NCBI GenBank assembly: GCA_963768655.1
Contig: CAVYIM010000004.1
Location: 544,001-608,000 of the forward strand
DNA: 64,000 bases
Source: an uncultured Chloroflexia bacterium
GTDB taxonomy: Bacteria > Chloroflexota > Limnocylindria > Limnocylindrales > CSP1-4
Direction: 5' to 3'
Position numbers and translations under genes: made by a program. Below are positions 50,111 through 59,031 of this stretch, one piece after another (the stretch's first letter is position 1; each line of letters starts with the position of its first letter). The notes beneath the pieces were generated by a model that saw only the letters and a program-made list of their open reading frames with translations, searched no databases and had not been told where the DNA came from.

Positions 50111-51313
50111 ATGACCGCCACGCTGCGCGTTCTCGTGATTGGTCCGGGCGCCGCCGGTGCCTCCGACGCTCTCAGGTTCGAAGCCTTCGTCCCCGAATTG
50201 GCCAGGCGCGCGGTCGAGCTGGCGAGCTGGACCCCGGGCGACCCCGCCACCGAAGAGGACCCCTTCGGGGCCCTGGAGGCCGTCGTCAGTTGGTCGGACG
50301 TTGTGGTCCTGAGGCGGCACTACCGGACCTGGCACGCCTGCCCTGGTTGCGGGCTCCGAACGCTGGACACGGGCGAGGCCAGGTCGCATGACCGCATCGC
50401 CGGCCACTCTGTCGTGCTGGCGCCCTACTTCGGCATCCGGCCGTTGATCGGGCTTCTCGAGACGGAGCCCGGCGTCCTGGGCAATCGCGCGATCGTCTAC
50501 GACACAGACGATGACTTCTTTTCGGCCGAACTGCCCGCCGGGGCGGAGGACCTGCTCGAGCGCGACCTGGTCGAGCGGATCCTGCGGCTGGCCGATCTCG
50601 TGACGACGACGACGCCCGTGCTGGCCGAACGTCTGGCTCCTCACACCTCGGCCCCAGTGAGGGTGGTACGCAACGCCGTGGATCCGGGCTGGTACGAGGC
50701 CGGGCGGCCCGACGGACCGGCCGAGGCGCCCGGTGATCCCCGTGTCATCTACCACGGGGCGGCAGTTCGGTTGCGTGACTACGAGGTCGCACGCCCGGCC
50801 GTCGACGCCGTTGCCCGAGCAACTTCCACGCTGCGCCGGGTCTGGCTCGGCGCGGACGCGGCGCAGCTGTCGGGAGTGGTCGATGAAGTCCGGCCCTGGG
50901 TGCGGGGCCTGCCGGCGTTCGGCGCCGCCCTGGTCGCAGCCCGGCCCGACATCGGCCTGGCTCCGCTGCGAGATACCACTTACAACCGAGCCCGCAGCGA
51001 GCTCCACTGGCTGGAGTACGCGCTGGCCGGAGCGGCCACGATCGTCTCCGGTCTGGCCGGGACCGGTCCCTACGACGTCGTTCGTGATGGCGTGGACGGT
51101 CTCGTGGCCCGCTCCGGGACCGATTGGGAGCGTCAGCTGCGCTCACTCGCAAACTCGCCGGGCCTCCGGTCGGAAATGGCCGCCCGGGCCCGGGAGCGCG
51201 TTCTGGCCGAGTACACCGTGGCCGCCCGGGCGCCGGAGTGGGCCGATGCCTACCGCTGGGCAGCTGAGCATGCCGGGTTGGGGCGGGCGCGCACCGCCGC
51301 CAGCGCCGGCTAG
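50111..51313 (+). CDS. GT-B glycosyltransferase with inserted C2H2-like motif
   Basis: YDTDDD, DLVTTTTPVLA, RNAVD, DIGLAPL..TTYNRARSELHWLEYA, DGVDGL; directly upstream of fliC. Confidence 0.85.
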   Translation: MTATLRVLVIGPGAAGASDALRFEAFVPELARRAVELASWTPGDPATEEDPFGALEAVVSWSDVVVLRRHYRTWHACPGCGLRTLDTGEARSHDRIAGHSVVLAPYFGIRPLIGLLETEPGVLGNRAIVYDTDDDFFSAELPAGAEDLLERDLVERILRLADLVTTTTPVLAERLAPHTSAPVRVVRNAVDPGWYEAGRPDGPAEAPGDPRVIYHGAAVRLRDYEVARPAVDAVARATSTLRRVWLGADAAQLSGVVDEVRPWVRGLPAFGAALVAARPDIGLAPLRDTTYNRARSELHWLEYALAGAATIVSGLAGTGPYDVVRDGVDGLVARSGTDWERQLRSLANSPGLRSEMAARARERVLAEYTVAARAPEWADAYRWAAEHAGLGRARTAASAG

Positions 51314-51335
51314 ACCCACGAAGCTTCTTCCGTCC

Positions 51336-51362
51336 TCAAGTGGAGGCCCCCAAAGCCGACTT
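51336..51362 (+). promoter_or_regulatory. Sigma-28 promoter of fliC
   Basis: TCAAG-N14-GCCGACTT. Confidence 0.7.
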
Positions 51363-51388
51363 CTCCCGCGGTGGGCAGATGCCCTCCG

Positions 51389-51427
51389 GCGGCATGGATG
51401 CCGCACTGAACCAAGGCTAGGAGGCCT
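51389..51427 (+). promoter_or_regulatory. Two CsrA-binding GGA hairpins in the flagellin leader
   Basis: GCGGCA-TGGA-TGCCGC (contains CAUGGAUG) and AGGC-TAGGAG-GCCT over the Shine-Dalgarno. Confidence 0.7.
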
Positions 51428-51433
51428 ATTCCA

Positions 51434-52630
51434 ATGAGTATGGTCATCAACACGAACGTTGACGCACTCGATGCATTGCGCAACCTGGGCGTCACGTCGC
51501 AGGCCTTCTCGAGCAGCGTTCAGAAGCTGTCGAGCGGTCTCCGCATCAACACGGCTGCAGACGATGCCGCCGGCCTCGCCATCAGCAACAAGCTCGAGGC
51601 GCAGGTCACCGGCCTCAACCAGGCCCAGCGAAACGCCCAGGACGGCGTGTCGATGGTTCAGACCGCAGAAGGCGGCTTGAACGAGATCCAGTCGATGCTG
51701 CAGCGCATCCGCGAGCTCGGGGTCGAGGCGGCCAACGCCACGATCGGCTCGAGCGACGCCGCGAGCATCAACACCGAAGTAGTCGCCCTCCAGGCCGAAA
51801 TCACCCGGATCGCAGGCGCGACCACGTTCAACGGCCAGAACCTCCTCACCGGCGCCATGAGCGTCACGCAGGCGGCGGCCAGCACGGCCAAGGCCGGCGT
51901 TGCCCTGGCCGACGTTCCCGCCACCATCTCCAACGTGGACGTCTCCGGCGCACAGGCTGGCGCCACCTACACGCTCTCGAGCGCCGGCGGCGCCGGGACC
52001 CTGACCATGACCCTGGGCAGCGTCAGCCAGCAGGTCACCCTCGCGGCCATGCCCGTCGGTGGCACCCAGACCATCACGTTCGGCCAGCTGGGAGTCAGCA
52101 TCACCGTCGCCGGCGCGGCCGGCGGCACGGCGGCCAACCTCTCCAAGGACCTCGCCGGGCTCAACGTCCAGACCACGGCCGGCAACACTACGGCCACGTT
52201 CCAGATCGGCGCCAACTCCGGAGACACACTGGCCGTCACGTTCGGTAACGCTCAGACATCCGCCTACGACGGCGGTGCCTTTGACGCCGCGATCGGCGCC
52301 TTCACCACCGCCACCACAAGCGCGGCCAACTGGACAGCCAACCAGGGAACCGCCACGTCCACCCTCATCAGCGAGACGGACAAGGCGATCACCTACATCA
52401 ACAACCTCGACTCCAGCTTCGGCGCCGTCGAGAACCGCCTCAACCACACGATCGCCGCGGTCGGCGTGGCCTCCGAGAACCTCAACGCGTCCGAGTCCCG
52501 CATCCGCGACCTCGACGTGGCGTCGGAGATGGTCAACTTCACCAAGGAACAGATCCTGCAGCAGGCCGGCACGGCGATCCTCGCCCAGGCCAACTCTGCT
52601 CCGCAGAACGTCCTCACCCTGCTCCGCTAG
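51434..52630 (+). CDS. fliC: Flagellin
   Basis: KLSSGLRINTAADDAAGLAI, QTAEGGL, FGAVENRL, SRIRDLDVASEM, AQANSAPQNVLTLLR. Confidence 0.98.
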   Translation: MSMVINTNVDALDALRNLGVTSQAFSSSVQKLSSGLRINTAADDAAGLAISNKLEAQVTGLNQAQRNAQDGVSMVQTAEGGLNEIQSMLQRIRELGVEAANATIGSSDAASINTEVVALQAEITRIAGATTFNGQNLLTGAMSVTQAAASTAKAGVALADVPATISNVDVSGAQAGATYTLSSAGGAGTLTMTLGSVSQQVTLAAMPVGGTQTITFGQLGVSITVAGAAGGTAANLSKDLAGLNVQTTAGNTTATFQIGANSGDTLAVTFGNAQTSAYDGGAFDAAIGAFTTATTSAANWTANQGTATSTLISETDKAITYINNLDSSFGAVENRLNHTIAAVGVASENLNASESRIRDLDVASEMVNFTKEQILQQAGTAILAQANSAPQNVLTLLR

Positions 52631-52678
52631 TTCGGTTCCCTGGCCCGACGCCGGTTGGGCCACCGACTGAGAGTCAAC

Positions 52679-52712
52679 AAGGGGCCGGCGGGTTTCCGCC
52701 GGCCCCTTCTGT
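52679..52712 (+). terminator. Intrinsic terminator after fliC
   Basis: AAGGGGCCGGCGG-GTTT-CCGCCGGCCCCTT followed by CTGTT. Confidence 0.8.
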
Positions 52713-52736
52713 TCGGCCTTCGGCCCCAAGGTGAGA

Positions 52737-53072
52737 ATGGACGCCACCCACCAGGTCGCCACTATCAGTGCCCTCGAAGCCGCAACTGATGCCCTGATGG
52801 TCGCATTGGGCCGGCGACCGGATCCCGACCTGGAAGCCGCAACCGCCGCCCTGAAGGCCCGCGAGGCGGCTCTTCAATTCCTCGTCCGGACGGACCCTAA
52901 GACGCGCCCGCCGGACCTCAACGCCAGACTCCGCCGGATTCTCGACCGCGATCGAGAGGCTGCCGATCAGCTCCGAACCGAGATGGCTTCACTCCGCGAG
53001 AGGCTCGCCAACACGCGGCGGATGATGAACACCACCCGCGACTCGAGCCGGGCTACGGCTCGGGTCAGATGA
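52737..53072 (+). CDS. FliT-like helical protein
   Basis: Helical, LKAREAAL...LRRILDRDRE pattern; lies before fliD. Confidence 0.55.
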   Translation: MDATHQVATISALEAATDALMVALGRRPDPDLEAATAALKAREAALQFLVRTDPKTRPPDLNARLRRILDRDREAADQLRTEMASLRERLANTRRMMNTTRDSSRATARVR

Positions 53073-53130
53073 ACGGCCAATGCCCGCAAGTTCGGGGGAA
53101 AACCCGGCTGGTGGACTGCCGCTCGCCGGC

Positions 53131-53157
53131 TCAAGCTTGCGAGACTTGAGCCGATAC
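53131..53157 (+). promoter_or_regulatory. Sigma-28 promoter of fliD
   Basis: TCAAG-N14-GCCGATAC. Confidence 0.75.
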
Positions 53158-53212
53158 CCCGAACGGCTGCTCCGGCGGACGGGGCTGGCCATGGCGCTTC
53201 CGGGAGACCAGG

Positions 53213-55459
53213 ATGTCAACGATCCAGTTCGGCGGCGTAATCTCAGGACTCAACACGCAGAGCATCATCGACGCTCTCGTCGCAGCCGAGAAACAGCCGC
53301 TGACCGACCTTCAGACTAAGGAAGCCAGCCTCACCTCCGAGAAGACGGCATACGGGCAGCTCGGCTCGGCCATCGACAGCGTCGTAACTCAGCTCAAGAA
53401 CTTTACCGTCACGAGCGCAGGCTCGAGCCGCGCGGCTACGTCGAGCGATAGCTCGGTCTTGACGGCTTCGGCGGGCCCGAGCGCCACCGTCGCCTCATAC
53501 CAGATCTCCGTCGGGAACCTGGCGACGGCGACACGGGCGACTTCGACCGGCGCACTCGGCACCGCCGTGACCGGAAACGTCGACACGTCGCAGACGCTGG
53601 CCAACGCCAACCTGGCGACTCCCGTCACTGCCGGCACTATGACCCTGACGGTGGATGGAACCGCCGTCCAGGTCACGGTCGGGGATCCCACGACCACGAC
53701 CCTGCAATCCGTGATGGACGATCTGTCGAGCGCGCTTCAGACGCAGCTCCAGACCACCGACAGCGGCAGCACGGTCAGCGCCTCCATCGTCAACGGCCAG
53801 CTGCAGCTCGCGATCAGCGGCAACTCGGCGGCGCACACGATCGCCTTCGGCGATCCTTCCGACACCAGCAACCTGGCGACCGCGTTCGGCCTGGGCACAC
53901 AGGGCGTGACCAACGTCCAGAACGCGACCGTCGACGGCACGGCCTATCTGGATCCAACGCTGCAATCGTTGAACCTACCCGGCAGCGTCACGGCCGGGCA
54001 GATCAGCGCCATCGTCGACGGAGTCATCGTCCACTACACGGTCGGCGACCCCACCAAGACGACGCTGGATCAGGTCATGGCGGGCTTCGGCCAGGCGATC
54101 CAGAATCAGTTGCAGGCCGGCGGTGCAAACGTCTCCGCCGACCCGTCGGCCACGGCGACGTTCTCCGTGGCGGGCAACAAACTCCAGTTGAGCATCGCCG
54201 GTGGCGCCGTCGCGCATTCGCTGTCGTTCAGCGCGTCGGGTGACTCGAGCAATGCCCTGGGAATGCTCGGGATCGCCAACTCGAGCGCGACGAACGCCAC
54301 TAATCCGACGATTACGGCTGCCACAAATCTTGGCGTCGCCCGCATGGTCAGCACGATCGACACGTCCGACATTTCAGGGGTGACCTCGACCACCACCGGC
54401 GTGCTGACGATCAACGGTGTGGCCATCTCGTACGACACGACGAAGGACTCGCTGTCGGACGTCATCACCAGGATCAACAACGCGGGCGCGGGAGTCGTCG
54501 CCTCGGTCGACCGAACCAACGACGAGATCGAGCTGACGGCGCAGAGCACGGGCGCGTCCGCCATCGACATAGTCGACACGAGCGGCAATCTGGGGGCGGC
54601 GCTCAAGCTGGCTCCCGGAACGACCAACGCGCAGGTCGTCGGCCAGAACGCGCAGCTCACCGTGGATGGCCGGTCGATCATCAGCGCCAGCAACACGGTC
54701 ACCAACGCCATCGACAGCGTGTCCTTGAACCTCGTCGGCCAGTCGCCGCCCGGTGAGACCGAGACTCTCAGCGTGGGTGTCGACACAAGTGCCGTGCAGA
54801 CTGCCCTGAGCTCCTTCATATCGGCCTTCAACAGCCTGGGTGACACGCTCGACAACCTGACGGCGAACACGCCCGGGACGGTCGGAGGCACGGCCGGAAC
54901 CGCCGGTCCGCTGGCGGACGACCCCACGGCACTGACGATGTTCCTGAGCCTGCGCAATACGGTCATGCAGGCCGTCGGCGGTGGCACCACCAACTCCCTG
55001 AGCGCGCTCGGCGTCAGCACCGGCGCCGTCGGCTCTGCAGTTGGGACGACGAATCGGCTGCAGCTGGATACGAACAAGCTGGCTGCTGCGTTGACCAACG
55101 ACCCGAACGGGGCGTCCAGCCTGCTCGACAGCGCCACGGGTCCACTGGGTCAGCTGCTGGCCCAGCTCCAGGGCTATGAGGATCCGTCGAACACGCAGGC
55201 CTACATCCAGTCGAGCACATCGAGCCTCACGGACCAGATCACCTCCATTCAGGGCCGCGAAGCCACCGAGCAGGAGATGATCAACAACTACACGTCGATG
55301 ATCGAGGCGCAGTTCACGGCCATGGAGACGACTCTGGCCACGCTGCAGTCCCAGTCGGCTCAGATCGCCGCCGAGCTCGGCGAATCGACATCATCCAGCT
55401 CGTCGAGTTCGTCGAGTTCGACCAGCGGCCTGAGCGACGCGTCCACCTCCAGCAGCTAA
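53213..55459 (+). CDS. fliD: Filament cap FliD with duplicated inserted domains
   Basis: FGGVISGLNTQSIIDALVAAEKQP, SASNTVTNAI, FISAFNSL, AQFTAMETTLATLQSQ; 748 aa. Confidence 0.93.
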   Translation: MSTIQFGGVISGLNTQSIIDALVAAEKQPLTDLQTKEASLTSEKTAYGQLGSAIDSVVTQLKNFTVTSAGSSRAATSSDSSVLTASAGPSATVASYQISVGNLATATRATSTGALGTAVTGNVDTSQTLANANLATPVTAGTMTLTVDGTAVQVTVGDPTTTTLQSVMDDLSSALQTQLQTTDSGSTVSASIVNGQLQLAISGNSAAHTIAFGDPSDTSNLATAFGLGTQGVTNVQNATVDGTAYLDPTLQSLNLPGSVTAGQISAIVDGVIVHYTVGDPTKTTLDQVMAGFGQAIQNQLQAGGANVSADPSATATFSVAGNKLQLSIAGGAVAHSLSFSASGDSSNALGMLGIANSSATNATNPTITAATNLGVARMVSTIDTSDISGVTSTTTGVLTINGVAISYDTTKDSLSDVITRINNAGAGVVASVDRTNDEIELTAQSTGASAIDIVDTSGNLGAALKLAPGTTNAQVVGQNAQLTVDGRSIISASNTVTNAIDSVSLNLVGQSPPGETETLSVGVDTSAVQTALSSFISAFNSLGDTLDNLTANTPGTVGGTAGTAGPLADDPTALTMFLSLRNTVMQAVGGGTTNSLSALGVSTGAVGSAVGTTNRLQLDTNKLAAALTNDPNGASSLLDSATGPLGQLLAQLQGYEDPSNTQAYIQSSTSSLTDQITSIQGREATEQEMINNYTSMIEAQFTAMETTLATLQSQSAQIAAELGESTSSSSSSSSSSTSGLSDASTSSS

Positions 55460-55608
55460 CGAGGGCCCAGCTCGGGGTTCTCCCTTCCGCTCAACTCGCC
55501 GTGCGGGCGTGCGCCCGGAGACAGCCGCGCTGTCGGGGTGTGCCGCTCTCGGTCCCGGGCTCAGCCCCATCGTCGCCGGCCCAGGTGGTGCCGGGGGGCC
55601 ACGTTCGG

Positions 55609-55636
55609 TCAAGACGGCCCCCTCCGGAGCCGATAC
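55609..55636 (+). promoter_or_regulatory. Sigma-28 promoter of fliS
   Basis: TCAAG-N15-GCCGATAC. Confidence 0.75.
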
Positions 55637-55695
55637 CTAACGTGGAACGGCCGCACGGCCAGCCCCCACCAGCGAAGTCACGAGGCTCCCGCTCC

Positions 55696-56169
55696 ATGCT
55701 CGATCCGACCGCTGCCTACCGAACGTCCCAGGTTGCCAGTGCCACTCGCGCCGGCCAGATCGTCCTGCTCTACCAGGGGGCGATCCGCTTCGCGACGCAG
55801 CACCTGGCATTCGTGGAACGCCGCGAGATCGAGAAGGCCCACAGGGCGTCCATCCGCTCACAGGAGATCGTGGCGGCCCTGCGCGGATCGCTGGACCTCT
55901 CGGCGGGCCCGATCGCCATTCAGCTCGATCAGCTCTACGACTTTGTGATGCGCCGGCTGGTGGCCGGCAACCTGGCCAAGGATCCCCGGCCGACGGAAGA
56001 GGCGATCAAGGTTCTGCGAGGTCTGCTCGATGCGTGGCAGGAGATCGCGGCACGCCCGGCGTCGGACGTCGCTGCTGCCCCGTCCGAACCGACTCCGTTT
56101 CGCGCGTCCACCGTGAGGCCCGTCCCGGTGTCTGCCGGCGAGTATGCCGCAGGGGGCGCACGGCGATGA
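55696..56169 (+). CDS. fliS: Flagellin chaperone FliS
   Basis: AYRTSQV, IVLLYQGAI, LRGSLD, QLYDF, LLDAWQEI. Confidence 0.93.
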   Translation: MLDPTAAYRTSQVASATRAGQIVLLYQGAIRFATQHLAFVERREIEKAHRASIRSQEIVAALRGSLDLSAGPIAIQLDQLYDFVMRRLVAGNLAKDPRPTEEAIKVLRGLLDAWQEIAARPASDVAAAPSEPTPFRASTVRPVPVSAGEYAAGGARR

Positions 56170-56411
56170 TGCCGGCCCCGCACGGAAGTACGATCGAGCG
56201 CGAGGTCGCGGCCGAGACGCTCGCCGCTGCCCTGAGCCCGCTCTCCGCGCGGGCCATACAGCATCGCCTGGAGCGCATCCTCCTCGACGATCGCGAGCTG
56301 CTGATTTCTCTGCAGTGCCAGCTCGAGCAGATTCGTCGCGAGCTGCGCCTCCTCAACGACGACCGGATAGTCCACGCCCTCGACGGCGGGGATCGCCCGC
56401 TGCGCCACTGA
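56166..56411 (+). CDS. Short FliT-like coiled-coil protein
   Basis: ATGA overlap with the fliS stop; LERILLDDRELL resembles LRRILDRDRE of 52737..53072. Confidence 0.55.
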   Translation: MMPAPHGSTIEREVAAETLAAALSPLSARAIQHRLERILLDDRELLISLQCQLEQIRRELRLLNDDRIVHALDGGDRPLRH

Positions 56412-56540
56412 CCGGACGATTGCGGGCTCGCCGCGGCGGCTCTCCTGCGGCGGTGCAGCCTGGGACCTCCAACCCTCCCCTTTCCGGCACCACCTATGAC
56501 CCCTTATCTGTGGCTCACCGTGCCGGGATCATAGGGGCCG

Positions 56541-58595
56541 ATGGGCGAACCACTGCGCGTCCTGGTGTATGGCTCGATCGACGCTGGAGTGTGCGACTCC
56601 GTACGCCTGGGCGTCTACCGTGACCTGCTTGCCGTGCACGGCGTCGAGCTGCGAACCTGGGGCGAGTTCAACGACTATCGGGTTCAAGTCCCGCCTGCCT
56701 ACGCCGGCCGCCTCGACGATGCGATTCGCGACGGAGTAGCCGAAATCGATCTCTCGCCGATTGAGTGGGCCGACGTCCTGGTCTTTCGGCGCTACTACTC
56801 CACCGTCTATGCCTGCGACGAGTGCGATTGCACCGCTCCGGATGCCGCCACGCTTGCCGGCCACTGCAAGATGACCGGTCATGCGCCCGTCGCCCGGGAT
56901 CGAATCGTCCGCGACCTGCTGGCGGCCATCGAACGGGATCGATCCATCTTGCGAGGACGGGCGTTGGTCTACGAGCTGGACGACGACTTGCTTTCCACGC
57001 CGCCGTGGACGGGCTTCTATCACCGCATCCGGGGCGATCTCGACCTGATCGAGCGCTTCGCCCGCCAGGCCGACCTGGTGACGGTGACGACACCCACGCT
57101 GGCGAGCAGCCTCCGCCGCTGCAATGCCGCCGTAAGAGTGGTCCGGAATGCCGTCAACACGGAGTGGTACGGGCAACAGGCTCCGGATTCCGGGCCTCGG
57201 CCCCTGTCGTTCCTCTACTACGGCGTGCCCGTCCGCCTGCACGACTACGCGATCTGCCGCGATGCCGTGGACGAGACCGCTCGAGCGACCGGCGGGCGTC
57301 GGATCTGGCTCGGCAGCGACGATCCCGGCGTGCGCGCGGTCGTGGACGAGGCACTGCCGTACGTCCAGGAGATCCGCGACTTTGCGCGGCAGCTCGTCGC
57401 GGCACGGCCGGCGATAGGGCTGGCGCCGGTGGGCCAGGACGATTTCAGCCGCAGCCATTCGGAACTCCACTGGCTCGAGTACTCGCTTGCCGGGGCGGCG
57501 ACCGCCGCATCTCGGACCATGGGCGGCGGCCCTTACGATGTCATTCGCGACGGCGTGGATGGGCTGCTCGCCCGCAACAAGGCCGAGTGGCGCGAGAAGC
57601 TGCGCCGGTTGGCCGGCTCGGCACAGTTGCGAGAGGATCTCGCGGGCCGTGCGAGGGAGCGCGTCCTTGCCGAGTACGACGTTCGCGACCGAGCGGCCGA
57701 GTGGGCTGACGCATTCCGTTGGGCGGCCGACCACGCCGGCCGCGGCGCCCTGCGCAACTTGACCCATGGTCTGGCTCGGACCGAGGTTCGCGAGCGTGAG
57801 CTCGCCCTGGAATCCGAGGCGCGGGCGAATCTGGCTCACCGCCGGATGACCAGGGCTCGGGCCGTCGAAGAGCGCGAGACACTCGTCCGGTTGCGGGGCG
57901 ATCGTGACGTCTGCTGGCCCGACGGGGCCGACGACAACCCACTTGTGAGCGTCGTGATCCCAACGTACAGCCGTGGCCGGATCCTGGTCGAGCGGTCGCT
58001 CGCCTCCGTCCTCAGCCAGACCTACGGGAACATCGAGGTCGTCGTGGTCGGCGACCACGCCACCGAGGAAACCCTCGAGGCCATTCGAACAGTGGACGAC
58101 CCCAGGGTTCGGTTCGAGGACCTCCCGGAGAGGAGCCCGTACCCGAGCGACCCGGAGGCGGCCTGGATGTGCGTGGGCTCGCGGCCGTACAACCACGGCG
58201 TCGAACTGGCTCGCGGCTCGTGGATCGCCCCGCAGGCCGACGATGACGAGTTCACGCCCGACCACATAGAGACGCTGCTCTCTGTGGCGCTCGAGCACCG
58301 CCTGGAGTTCGTCTACGGCGACTCCTGGATGGAGCTGCCTGAGGGCCCGTGGATCAGGCTCGGTATGTGGCCACCTCGCCAGGCGGGGTTCTGCGCCGGT
58401 GCCGCTCTCTACTCGTCAGGCCTGAGCTTCATCGGCGAAGACGAGGAGTGCTGGCGTGAGGGGATGCCCAACGACTGGGACATGTGGAACCGGATGATGC
58501 AGGCCGGGGTCCGGGCCGGCCACGTCGAACACATCGTCTTCCGGCACTACGCGGAGGCCCGCCACCGGTGCCGGACGACGGCCGGCGCTGCATAA
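56541..58595 (+). CDS. Fused glycosyltransferase (GT-B with C2H2-like insert plus GT2)
   Basis: N-half paralogous to 50111 (YELDDD, SELHWLEY, DGVDGL); C-half PLVSVVIPTY...ADDDEF GT2. Confidence 0.88.
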   Translation: MGEPLRVLVYGSIDAGVCDSVRLGVYRDLLAVHGVELRTWGEFNDYRVQVPPAYAGRLDDAIRDGVAEIDLSPIEWADVLVFRRYYSTVYACDECDCTAPDAATLAGHCKMTGHAPVARDRIVRDLLAAIERDRSILRGRALVYELDDDLLSTPPWTGFYHRIRGDLDLIERFARQADLVTVTTPTLASSLRRCNAAVRVVRNAVNTEWYGQQAPDSGPRPLSFLYYGVPVRLHDYAICRDAVDETARATGGRRIWLGSDDPGVRAVVDEALPYVQEIRDFARQLVAARPAIGLAPVGQDDFSRSHSELHWLEYSLAGAATAASRTMGGGPYDVIRDGVDGLLARNKAEWREKLRRLAGSAQLREDLAGRARERVLAEYDVRDRAAEWADAFRWAADHAGRGALRNLTHGLARTEVRERELALESEARANLAHRRMTRARAVEERETLVRLRGDRDVCWPDGADDNPLVSVVIPTYSRGRILVERSLASVLSQTYGNIEVVVVGDHATEETLEAIRTVDDPRVRFEDLPERSPYPSDPEAAWMCVGSRPYNHGVELARGSWIAPQADDDEFTPDHIETLLSVALEHRLEFVYGDSWMELPEGPWIRLGMWPPRQAGFCAGAALYSSGLSFIGEDEECWREGMPNDWDMWNRMMQAGVRAGHVEHIVFRHYAEARHRCRTTAGAA

Positions 58596-58605
58596 GGGGA
58601 TCTCG

Positions 58606-59031
58606 ATGGGAATCGAAGCTGCTCGAATCATGGAGTTTCGCCGGATCGCCGATCCGAAAGGAAACCTGACGCCGATCGAAGGGACGACCGACGTTCCCTT
58701 CGAGATCAGGCGGGTCTTCTATCTGTACGACGTACCCGGCGGCGAGGTCCGGGGCGGGCACGCTCACCGCAAGACTGAGCAGGTGATCATCGCCGCCTCC
58801 GGTAGCTTCGATGTCGTGCTCGACGATGGGGTCAAGCGCGCCCGGTTCATGCTCAACCGTTCGTACTACGGGCTGTTCGTGCCGAGGATGGTCTGGCGCG
58901 AGCTCGAAAACTTCTCCTCGGGGTCCGTCTGTCTCGTACTCACCTCCGATCACTACGATGAGCTGGATTACATCCGCGATCTGCATGAATTCCGTGACGC
59001 AATCCGAGCGTCAGGTGACGGTCGTGGCTAG
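58606..59031 (+). CDS. fdtA: dTDP-4-keto-6-deoxyglucose 3,4-ketoisomerase (FdtA/QdtA cupin)
   Basis: [32 protein letters not shown]. Confidence 0.9.
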   Translation: MGIEAARIMEFRRIADPKGNLTPIEGTTDVPFEIRRVFYLYDVPGGEVRGGHAHRKTEQVIIAASGSFDVVLDDGVKRARFMLNRSYYGLFVPRMVWRELENFSSGSVCLVLTSDHYDELDYIRDLHEFRDAIRASGDGRG

